Assembly (NCBI GenBank): GCA_051294905.1 | Contig: CM119372.1 | Coordinates: 26,600,001 to 26,664,000, forward strand | DNA length: 64,000 nt | Reading direction: 5' to 3' | Source: Botryllus schlosseri | Lineage: Eukaryota | In this document: piece after piece, positions 51,527 through 62,363 of the stretch | Layout of the letters: every line of letters begins with the position of its first letter | Position numbering within the stretch: position 1 is the stretch's first letter | Program-made: the position numbers and the translations under genes | Notes under the pieces: generated by a model | Told to the model about the DNA's origin: nothing | What the model saw: the letters and a program-made list of their open reading frames with translations, nothing else | Database searches by the model: none

Positions 51527-52442
51527 TGAAGAGACTCTTTGGGGTACAGAACTTTAATATAAATTTTAATAATATATTCATTGCAGAAATTTATTAAAAC
51601 CCGAAGCTTTTCGAGCTGACACTCTTCAAGGGCAATCGTCATCAAATGGAGAATTTCAAAAACATGCATCTAGCTACATTGCATACAACCAATTATGACG
51701 TCATCGAAACAAACAACATGAAATACAGGCAAACCGCGAGCGCAGCTAGTAGCCAATTTTTAGATTGACTAAAAATTCCATCTGCTGACACAAGCGCGGT
51801 CGATGGATTTTAATATAAGTCGATTCCAGTGCAGACAGATGGAAATTAATGCGGCCTCTACCTAATATAGAGAATCTTTCATCGCGATAGTTTTTAGCGC
51901 AAGTTGCATTCTCAGCCAAATGTTTGCCGATGGCAGAGTTCATAGCCATGACCTGATTACGTTCTAGTAATCGCAGAACAGTTACGGCTGCGTCTTCGCG
52001 AGAGTCCAATGTGCGTGATCTAATAACGCTCGGAACATGTTGTTTGAAGCGTTCCTGCAAGCGCTGAGTTGTTCTTCCAACGTACCGACAATCACAGTGG
52101 CACTTAAAATCATAGACTATATTGCCTTGTTGAGAAGCAGGAAGAACATCCTTGCGCGTTGCAGGAAGCAATTGTTTGGAGGTGAACACAACATTAGCTT
52201 TTACGTTATCGTAACAGCGATTTACAGCAGAAATCAATTGCTTTTCAAAACGGGAAGAGATGGGCCCCAGCCACGGTAAATGTATATGTATATATACATT
52301 CTCCTCAGACCGTGTGTTCGTGTTTTGTGATTTGCTGCTGGGATTGAAATTAATGTATTTTCTGTACACAGAACTCTTGATGATGTGTTCGGGGTATCCG
52401 TTATCGATTAGAATTTTGCGGATATATTCTAGCTACGCGTTT
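51527..52442 (-). mobile_element. 5'-truncated PLE (RT C-terminus + GIY-YIG + 3' region) inserted into a hAT MITE
   Basis: Reads LNA*LEYIRKILIDNGYPEHII...HLPWLG...NIVYDFKCHCDCRYVGRTTQRLQERFKQH...AIGKHL, homologous to the 48.5-kb ORF, with one in-frame stop. Flanked by AATT (51523-51526 and 52443-52446), where MITE homology stops and resumes. Confidence 0.88.
51599..51633 (-). ncRNA. Minimal type I hammerhead ribozyme (C3U core variant) of the second PLE
   Basis: Minus strand GCCC-TTGAAGA-G(TGTCAGCT)C-GAAA-AGCT-T-C-GGGT, then AATAAA (51590-51595). Same palindromic helix III and same position relative to the ORF as the first hammerhead. UUC triplet. Confidence 0.68.
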
Positions 52443-55400
52443 AATTCTTCGCGGGCATATTTTGGCCGTGTTAATTAAATATATCTCACTGGAAGTTCTA
52501 ATATTTTCACCCCCTATCGCCCCCCAGTCGTGCCCTTTGCTATTTTTGCACCCTTGTCTCTCAAATTCGCCTACTGGGGGGGGGGGGCGATATCGCCCAC
52601 GTTGAGAACCACTGTTCTAGAACTAGACTTAACGAAATGGTTTTCTTTAATAGGAATCTTTGAATTTTTCGAAAACGATTTCAGTTTTTTGAAACTTATT
52701 AAGATGTAAAACATCTATGCCCATATATTGTGTATTCTACACTTAACGCCAAAATGAATCTGGATTTAAGTCATCATGCCCAATCAAATCACTGCTAACC
52801 GCCCAAATAAAACTTACCAAGCGTATAACCGACCAATGTGATCATGCACATCATTACTAAGTGAAGATTGCACATTTGTACGATCTAAACGGCACATATT
52901 TAGGTGCTAGGTGCGAACCACGCTGTTTATATAGATGGACACAATTACAGACATAAAATGGCAATGGCCTGATTTCATGCATACCACGCTAGAAAACCAG
53001 CGCTGTGCAAGAACATAACTATACATGTACAGATTAATTCAATTTAAGAAGTGATGGTTTTTATTGACACAACTTTGACCTATACAATTCGGATACGAAT
53101 ACCATTCAGTATTCTTCGTCGCCAATCTTCGAAGCGTCTATTTTCCGAGATCCTCGAAACGACAGGTCATTGTTTATACTATACTTTCGTTTACGCGTAA
53201 ACGGCGTTGGGTTAATATTATAAACGGCTAATACAACTTTGAAGGTAGTATGTCAAACAACACTCATCCGACCGTACGAGTTTATATTCCAGGTGTATAT
53301 ATAGGCCCATACAGCACGGTACTAAGCTATATGGTCACGTTGATACTGGCCAGAATTTACTAGGTCAATGCATACTGCGCTGTATATCAAGAGAATAGAA
53401 AAGTTCGCGCATTACCTCAAGGATTGATTTGTCATTTCACTCGATGATTCGTATGTTTTCAGTGCATGACATAAGATATTTCGCTCTTATACTAAGAGAA
53501 TATTGTTAGGGTGCATTTTAATTCGCTATGGGCTAACGTCAGCAACTACAACGTCTGTGTTATGTTGCTGCCTTGAAAGCATCAGTTCAGTGATTCTAAA
53601 CCTGAGGTACGAGTATGCTTAACGCTTACACACGGTGCCGGATTAAATCTGTATTTCATCGCAAAAACTGAAAAACACGTCAGTGGAATTTGATCTGTTA
53701 TAAATGAAGATTAGAGAAAAACAAACCAATGACTATGTTTTTGTACGTACGCGTAACCAAGGAATGGGGAAAGGTGGTGTTCTTACCGCCTGAAGATTTG
53801 CGACCTGGATACTATGCTATTATTACGTTAGAGTTGATTAGTGACGCTTACTTGATGGTAAGATATTTTCCATATTTGAATCCTGGCTACGGCTAAGCAC
53901 CAATAACACATAAATTTGGTACCTCTAGTGAAGGTGGTTGGCGATTTCTACGTAGCGATAACAAGCAAAAAGTCGCGTACTCATACTCATATTAAGAGTC
54001 TTTTCAAACTGGTGCCATTCATTTATGTGATTATTACAGTCAACAGATCAATACTCTTCCGTGCATTATGAATACGGTATGAGGAAGTTATGAACGCCAG
54101 TTTTAACGCCAGATATACCTAGAAAGAATACGAATTTACCTCCGAGGCTCAAATGCTAACTGGAAACCCCGCGCATGAGTTCACCATTAGAAATCCTTAA
54201 ACTTCAGGATACCTATGACTCACCGTGGTGGCTACGATGTGTCACGCCACATGAAATATAGCAAACGCGATTTAAATTAACTGGTGGTGCGTAAGTTTAA
54301 AAATTACTGATCATGTTATCAGATTTGCACCCGAGTCACAAGCCTAAAAGATCTACAAGAGAAGCGCTTCATGAAAACATCAAGTTCATAAGCGCAGCAG
54401 CGCATCCTACTTCTCAATTAGTCGCCAGTAATGAACACGTCGAAAGAACATGAATGGCGTAAATCGTCTATATCACAGCACAATCTCCACGATTACTACA
54501 TGACATCATGATAATCGCTGACAATATACAAATATGCAAATAGAATTACACTCGGTTACAAGCCAAAATCAGGATATCGTGCCACGCTATAATAATATAT
54601 CCCTCACATTATATGCATTAGTCAACTGGCGTTTTAAACCATGCCAACATGTTGGATATATGTAAATAATTCCAGAGGACAAATACTGCAACGGAGGATA
54701 TGGCCGTAGCGATGGGTACGGTGAATCTATTCCTGTATTATCTGGCTAGGACATAGTCATAGCCTTGGAACAGGGAACAGTCACTTATTGACTAATTTTC
54801 GGTTGCTTATCGCATGGAATGAATCAATTGCATACGGTACCAAGATGCTTACTTTTAGAAGATGCGTTGATGATAGCTTGCTGAATGATAAGCTAGGCCA
54901 ATAGTATAATTTTACAGATTTAATTCAAGGGATTGCTAGTTAATAAAAATCTCCGATACATCAAATTACCAACAGTACATGAGCAAGTTCTATTGATTTT
55001 CTAAGTAAATCATTTAAAAGACTAATACCCATCATTTAATTAGGTTACCATGTAATTTATCGGCGACAAGCTATGAACACACGTTCATTGTTCAAAACGG
55101 CCATGCTACATATTGTTGCTATGGAAGTACGAAAAGAAATTACTTCACATGACCCGGAATTTTCTAAAATGCAGACTAGATACAAGTTAGGTGATCAGTG
55201 ACTGTCAAAAGCCCATAGAATCAAAGTGAGCCGCTATAAGTGACGAGATAAAATGGAACTATGACACCGCGTCTCCACGTGGAAGGAAAAACTCGAATCA
55301 CAGCCCATTCGAATATGTAGCGAACCGTCACTCGCGGATTTAGTATATTATGAGATCATACAAAATAGCAGTATTTCTCGAAATTACCATGTCTTGCGTG

Positions 55401-55774
55401 AGCGCAGGCAGTGCAGCACGCACAATTGTACTGCATTTTACATGTTTTCAAAAGTACGTTCATGATAAACGTTTATTGAAACTGGAGGAACTTTTCGCGT
55501 GCCACTTAGCAAGAGCTAACGGCACATAAAGGAAATACGACAGAGTTGAATTCAAAACCAAATGAACAACTATGACGCAATAATGTAAGAATAACATCAA
55601 TCGAGCCAGAGCATAAAAACAATGCAGCGTATAGCAAAGCTAGCGTAAAACAGAAATGCGAGCGTGAGACACAAATGATACAATTAACGTAGCAAATGTA
55701 ATTACACAGGAACAGGAAACGGTGTTTGATCGCAACTTAGCAAGACACACAACAACTACACAACGGCAACTACT

Positions 55775-56103
55775 TGGGAAATCTTAAGGTTATACAAAAA
55801 TTATTTCTGTCGGCATAGGACCGGATTGTTCAATTTAATGAACGTCGATTCCCATGCTGTTACCAAGAAAGTGGATATGCCCTTGGACAGAACTGAAAAG
55901 ATATCGTCGGAATAGTTTTGGGCACAAACCGGGTTATCAATTAAATGTCGACCGATTGATGAATTGCGCGCTGTTACTTGGTTATATGATGCGCAGTTTG
56001 AAACCTTTTGCATTGATGTGCCAGGTTTTCCAAATCGAGCGACTGTGATGTCGATCTTATTACTTTAGGAACGTGCTGTTTGATGCGTTCCAACAAACGT
56101 TGC
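55775..56103 (-). mobile_element. Decayed PLE GIY-YIG fragment (third copy)
   Basis: QRLLERIKQHVPKVIR, a frameshift, then YNQVTARNSSIGRHL...ESTFIKLNNPVLCRQK*FLYNLKI, homologous to the other two PLE C-termini. Confidence 0.85.
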
Positions 56104-56387
56104 ATTTACATGTGTAGGCTGTGTTACCTTGGTCATTTACCAAATTAACATGGTTGCCAATTGCCATGGTTTGTTCAGCGATAAAAACATAAAATACAGA
56201 CAGTGTAATTATTTCTGCTTTTTAGGATGCCAAGGATGCTTAGTAAACGTAACTAACTAAATATTGCTCCAAAATATAGTACATCGAAGTACATCGTTAC
56301 GGACCAGTGACCAACTGAAATGATATGTACGAAAGTATACTGCTGTTTTCGCCCAAACGTTTGCGGCGTACGCAGTCACCAACTTAC

Positions 56388-56581
56388 CGTTAGCTCGGTT
56401 CCGTTCGATAACTTTAGTCGGCACCAGTGTGAAGTCCCGCGCTGGCGCGCGAGGAGGGAATGTGTTCTTCTCGAAGTTGATGGGCAGTCGCTTGAAGACA
56501 ACGGCGTCGCGTTCTAGTTTGATGGAAAGCTTTTTGCGCCCGAGCAGGACGGACGGCAGCTCTAGCGGCTGATTCTGGCTC
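56388..56581 (-). CDS. GT31 glycosyltransferase-like gene, coding exon 2 (stem region)
   Basis: Acceptor CTTTCCAG|G, donor AACG|GTAAGT. Reads SQNQPLELPSVLLGRKK...VIERNRAN. GC-rich island. Phases fit exon 1 (GG+G) and exon 3 (G+AA). Confidence 0.8.
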
Positions 56582-56826
56582 CTGGAAAGCACAGCGCGTT
56601 AAGCGCGACCACTGACAAGGAAACGGTTGTTGCACTGCGTCGGAAATAGCAAGCCAAAATCCGGCCGGATGTTTCCAGTCGTTCGAATAAAACCTCAGTC
56701 ATAATCCATGGTCATCTCTATTAGGAATATGTGTGGTTTTCGAATGTCGCGGTCAAGTAAGTGGCATAAAATAAGTATTTTGGAAGCAATGCCATAGATA
56801 CGAACAAGCGGAAGTAACTTTTAGAG

Positions 56827-59569
56827 CAGGGATGGGCAAACTTTTGAGCTCGCGGGCCGCATTCAACATCTGAATCCATTCGCGGGCCGCACTATATAAA
56901 ATTGGGATTATAAACCAAAACTATATATTGGTATTTGATTATATAGAGACGACATGGAGATAACATATATGCTTATTTAGAACAAAACAAACATTGCTAT
57001 TGATGATATCGTACACGCGTCAAAAACAGTGGCGAGATTTCATAGGTTGGTGTAGCTCAATAACCAATTTGTCAAAACTATAGAGATGATTGTCACTGTC
57101 ACGTTGTCCCCCCTTATCGTCATATCACAAAACGCAAGGAAGGTAGCAAGTCTAACGAATAGTTTGATGGCATGGTCGGTTACGAGTGTTTTAGATATGA
57201 AATTCAGACTAAATACAGAGCAATAATTAGGAATTGGATGTAAATCGCGCCGTGCGCGAAAATAATTTTCAATTGAGACAAGCTTCGCGCCTCCCTTCAG
57301 ATCAGTGATTCCCAAGCGCGGCCCCCAGATAGCTTTCTTGCGGCCCCCAAAAGATATTAAGAAATCGATTTATGACAAAAAATAAAATTAACATTTATAA
57401 AATACTCTTGCTTGGCTTGGCCTCTGTAGTTTTTAATTATAGAATTGCAGGAAAGTTGAGAGTATAGACTGCTAACGTTACGTCACTGCTGTTTCAATGC
57501 AATGTGCCCTAACTTTCCAGATGAACGAGCAGTAGCTATAGATATAAATAGGTATTGATAACTTTCAAAACCGGAGGAAAATCCTGAAAAAATGGTAAAT
57601 TTTTCCCATATCGTGGTCGCTTGACTAAAAAAGAAAAAGAGGCTCAACTCTCGGAAAATGCAGTTTTTCTTTCACATTAACAGGTGGTTGACAGACAAAA
57701 AAGGTCAACTTTCCGGTCCAGCTCCCGAAATAGCCGCCGTGGCGTTCGTACAGTGCTGACTTAATGTATATATAAGTGGAATTTGGCCCTATATGTAACC
57801 AAAATCCTCAAAAAGAAGACAAAATCTCAAAAAAGAAGATATTTAGGCGTCCTCCGAGGACACTTTAAAAAAAATCAAAAAAGAGGACAAATCATCCTAA
57901 AAGAGGACGTCTGGTAACCCTATGATAACTAGATGTGCAACACGTGACTCACGGTTGAATACGCCGAGATGCATACTGCTTAGCAGGCTAAAAGCAGCAT
58001 AATTGGTAGTCCTCTAGTCAGGGCCATAACTGCCGCACCCCAAACCACCCAGTTGAGGGGGGCCGAGCTCAAAGGGGGCCCAAAATTATTTCGTGAATTA
58101 GCATAAATTATAGAGTATTTTTTGAAAAATTGTGCAACTTTTTCAAAAAATTTTCGCGATTTTAATTCGCCACATATCTGAATTATTGGGTACTCTTCCA
58201 CAAGAAAAAATACGCAAGATTAATAGAAATGGGCATATCAGCATTGGCCATGACCGCACCACAACGCACCAAGACGTATAAAGTTTTAGCCCATGTAACA
58301 TGTGACTCCAAGAAGTGTGTCAGAACGATCAGCAGTGAGAAAGCCTTGGCCGTAAAGGACTGCTTTTATGCTGACCAAAAACTTCGAAACACCAAAAACT
58401 TCGTTATATATACAAGATACATATAGGTTTATTTGTCCATATAGGCGCCTAAATGACTGGCGCTGAATGTTCTTGTCTTGGCAATCTGAACCTCACAAGA
58501 CAAATACCATCCCGCAGGAAAGAAAATGATATGCCAGTGAAGAAATACCAATCTGAAATCGTGTGATCTTTCAGTCTAGTACGTTTGGGCAATTATACAT
58601 TTTTTGATATAGCAGATAGAATGTCACAAAACATCATGTAAAGAAATAACACCTAGGGGTCCGCCCGCCCGAAGATGTTTAATTTTACGGGGTCTGCAGT
58701 TTCAAAGACACCTCTCACTCAGCTCTACCGGTAAATCTGATTACGTGGACAAAGAGGACAATCATGCAATTCCCGATCTTATTGACCGATTTTATCATGA
58801 ATTATCGAAATATTCGCGCGTCGCGCTGTCTCACTAAACACTACAACTTTAATTTCGTGGCAAAAGCAAACATCGTGATGCGGGGTCAGTTTATCACCCT
58901 ATGGAAGCCCGGGGTCCTGACGAAGTGCTGTTATGTTCCTGCCAACGGGTATACCCCCGGAGATGTTTAATTACTATTGAGGGGGCCCATAGCTTTTCAA
59001 CACACCTCACTCAGCTCTACCGGTAAATTAGATTACGTGAGCAGAGACAGGACGAAGATTGATAGTAATACATGCAATTCCCGATCATATTGACCGATTC
59101 AGTCATGAAACTAAAGAAATTTCTCGCGCTTCGCGCGTTTAGGCGAGAAAAGCTGATTCACTCAACGGACGCCCAATGCAGCAGATGGTTAGCGGTAAAC
59201 AGTGTACAGTTTTGAAATCTCGCAAGGGCAATAAAACTACTCCAAAATAGCCATGATGACTGTTTGGGTCCGTTTCATAGCCGTAGTATTCGTGCGGCCC
59301 CGACCGTACTCTGAAATTCTAAATTTGGCCCTCACACCGAAAAAGTTTGGGAACCACTGCTTCAGATGCTTTCATACCCCTCAGTTTGAGAGCCACTGAA
59401 TTATCATGGTGAAATATACTAAAAAAAGTTTAATCAAGTCCCTGCATTAATTCGATTTTTGGTACGCATTTTATCAATATTTTAATAAGTTTCTTTAGAT
59501 TCTCGCTGGCCGCACAGAAGGTTGTTGCGGGCCTCATGCGGCCCGCGGGCCGTAGTTTGCCCACCCCTG
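56827..59569. mobile_element. hAT MITE, outer layer of a multi-level nest in intron 1
   Basis: TIR CAGGGATGGGCAAACT / AGTTTGCCCACCCCTG. TSD TTTTAGAG/ATTTAGAG. Confidence 0.82.
57303..59359. mobile_element. Nested hAT MITE that itself carries further insertions
   Basis: TIR CAGTGATTCCCAA / TTGGGAACCACTG. Perfect TSD CTTCAGAT. Confidence 0.85.
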
Positions 59570-59984
59570 ATTTAGAGTGAAATCGCAGCTTCAGCCACAA
59601 AATGTAATATGAAAGATTTCAATGGTACATGAGTGTACAGCGGGTTTGAAACGTTTGGCAGCTAACATTTATCAGTCGTACAGCCCGCGAGGACGAAAAC
59701 GCCAAGAAAAATTGAAAATTACTCTGAGAATCACGTATACAGAGACAGATGGTCAACGACAAGTGCGGATATGTTACGTATGTATGTGCTGGCGAATGCA
59801 CAATTGTACCTATCCATGATATGTCGCCTACAGTCACGGTTAATTCCCTTGAAGATATGTGAAAATTCCATCTTAAGCTAGTATGTGAGAAAATTTGCAA
59901 AACCGAAGCGACGAATTTGTCCCCCCCAAAATGTCTCAGCGAGATTTCGTAATGATGATGCTGCTGTGTCCGGCTTCGTAATCG

Positions 59985-60130
59985 TTTTAGCGTGGGGTCA
60001 ATCCCCGGCCGAGTCAGATCGAAGACCCGAAAAATGATATCCGCGGCTATCCCGCCAGGCACTCAACATCCACGGATAGCATGGAGGAGAAAAATTGCGG
60101 TGCCGATTAGATGACCTTATACTTAAAGGT
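59985..60130 (+). mobile_element. Diverged SINE fragment related to 10513-10925
   Basis: GGGTCAATCCCCGGCCGAGTCAGATCGAAGACC...TGATATCC...CCCGCCAGGCACTCAACAT...GGATAGCATGGAGG aligns by eye to 10560-10660. Confidence 0.6.
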
Positions 60131-62181
60131 CGCATCGCATATTCTCGTGAAAGCATCTCGATGATACATGCGAATATATATCTGATCTCCCTTAATCTCT
60201 CTCTCAATTCATCGTAATTCGCTATAATACAGCAGCATCGTCAACTTATGCAACTAACATAGTTAGTCCGTTTTTTTAGTTCCAGACAGAATGCCTCGAA
60301 TTGAATCTCTAAATCAGTCAATAACGTTATCAGATAAGATGGGCTGATCAAATATGCACGGCGGTTACCATAGGACATATAGGTCATAGTTCGAACGACG
60401 AATTTCGCTAGTAGTATTCTCGACGCCAACCATGTATGTTTCAACGGGGAACGAAAAATCGGGATAAATACTAAACCGGTGCACTTCACGACATTAAATA
60501 AGCGTTTAAGGGAAATGATCCGCTCAAATTTGGGAATTTGCTGTTCAGCAGGCATGAATACTTCAGATTTACGTGAATAATTTCCGACACCAGCGTGAAG
60601 TGTCGGTGAAGCGCTATAACCTATGATAATACGAAACTTCTTATACATGGCCATGACCACATTATTGCATGACGAGTGACATATGCAACAGCCACCTAAT
60701 GAATATTATGGAAATCGCTAACGTACTTGTAAAAAGCGATGATTCTATGAATCTTTAATCAGTAACTGCGAATTCACGCGTATACTCGCATACTGCTATT
60801 TGCTTTGTTTAATCAACTTATTGTTTGGTTTTAACGTGTTCGCATGTGTATACTTCAAAATCCGTTGGGATGGTCGCAAGCCTTCTGATGACATCAGCAG
60901 CAGCGAGCGCTTTTACAATGCTGGATGTGAGCATCTATGCAATGGTCTGGATCAGGATTTCATTTTTACGAAACCAAATTTGACGTTGAGATTGATGATT
61001 TTGATTTTCGATGACGCGTTCGCATGAATTCGAGTCGGTGCAGGACAGCGACATGGAATTGAACATAATGCAAATTGGATTCGGTATATCCGGATTCGAA
61101 AGTTATTAGAGATGATGAACGTGACTGCTGATCTGACAACTTTCCCAGCAACTTATTCACATCGAAATCTATAACTCAAGAATTCGGCTTACAATAAAAT
61201 CATGTGAAACGAGGTGGCAGAAATTACCGGCAAAACATTTCTGACCATCCGCGTATGTCAAACAGTACTGACAAGTGAAAAGTCGCTGTGTAATATTTCG
61301 CGATCAAGGAATGTAGGCTAAAGTAATAAAGTTTTACTTTTAGAAAGTCTAATTCACGTAGTTATCACTTTATTGAACAACCAACCATGCCCGGATAAGA
61401 TGCAGAATTAAATTTCCTGAGATTATTATTTGTAGATGCATACAAAGTTTCTACTCGACTATCAGAAATTCATTACCACTACTATATTTTGCGTTGTCTT
61501 GAATAACGGTCCAAGTTATAATGATGTGATTTAACGTAGGAGTTGGGAATACGGTTGTAGAACAGCAACTTGACAATGACATATAACGTCACAAAGCAAC
61601 ATATCTATATTCTATTCGTTAGTAGTTATTGCTGTTATTATTATTATTTGTTATAGTAATATTTCATTACACCTGATCATAGTACCATCGACCTAGAAAT
61701 TAATTAGACTTAAACCGCACCGAAACTACTAGATAAATATTGCGATGCATGCAACTTGAAAAGCGTCAGGACCCGGGTTGGGAATAGGTTCCCAAAATGT
61801 AGGAAATGGAATGTCGTGAGCTTGGTGTGAATAGAACATCCACCGCTTCATTATCAACTAAGAACGTTTGTGACAGTTTTTCGTAGTATTCCGTCAAAAT
61901 GTCACTTTCGGATCGTAGTAAGTTAGCCTAGCAGACAATTACTAATTAAGCATGGGCTGCACGTATTCGCTGCATGGGTCTAAGTGTCATGCGATTGTGT
62001 TGGGATAAGCCTACATCTCACTATGCGGTCAAAAATTGTTTGCACAGCACATATGCATCTGCGTCGGTGTATGGAAACCCGCATACATATAAATCCCGAT
62101 GCATTTTATTACCAGACACACAAATCTATCACACGAATGGTGTCCGCTTGAGACGCGACGCCTGCAAAGACAAACACATAC

Positions 62182-62363
62182 CCTTCGCTGATGTGATTCT
62201 CCGCGGATGATGGAGCGAGATTTTTTCCTGAATTGCCGCTCCACCCGAATATCACTCCGACGGTAAAGCAAAAGGCCGCTACCGGCAATGCTTTTTTGCT
62301 TTTAGTAGGAATGATCTTTCTGATACGTCTTTTCCAGAGCATGTTTGTGTTGATTTCCGGCAT
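62182..62363 (-). CDS. GT31 beta-1,3-glycosyltransferase-like gene, coding exon 1 (cytoplasmic tail + signal-anchor TM)
   Basis: Reads MPEINTNMLWKRRIRKIIPTKSKKALPVAAFCFTVGVIFGWSGNSG...ISEG: a basic N-tail then a hydrophobic segment, as in type II Golgi enzymes. Ends at donor GG|GTATGT (phase 2), matching the next exon. Upstream acceptor TTTGCAG| at 62382. The start could be M at 62363 or M at 62342. Confidence 0.75.

Larger units (their letters stand above)
51281..52614 (-). mobile_element. hAT MITE (inverted copy of the 34303 family) carrying the PLE fragment
   Basis: Ends CAGTGCTTTCCAAA / GTTGAGAACCACTG. TSD TTCTGGAG/TTCTAGAA. Both halves match the reverse complement of 34303-34723. Confidence 0.8.

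Noticed and set aside
55465..55530. Hammerhead downstream of the third PLE fragment (minus strand GAAAAGTTCC...AATAAA)
   Set aside because: Only the 3' half resembles the motif. There is no CUGANGA core or helix I partner, so it is at best a decayed remnant.
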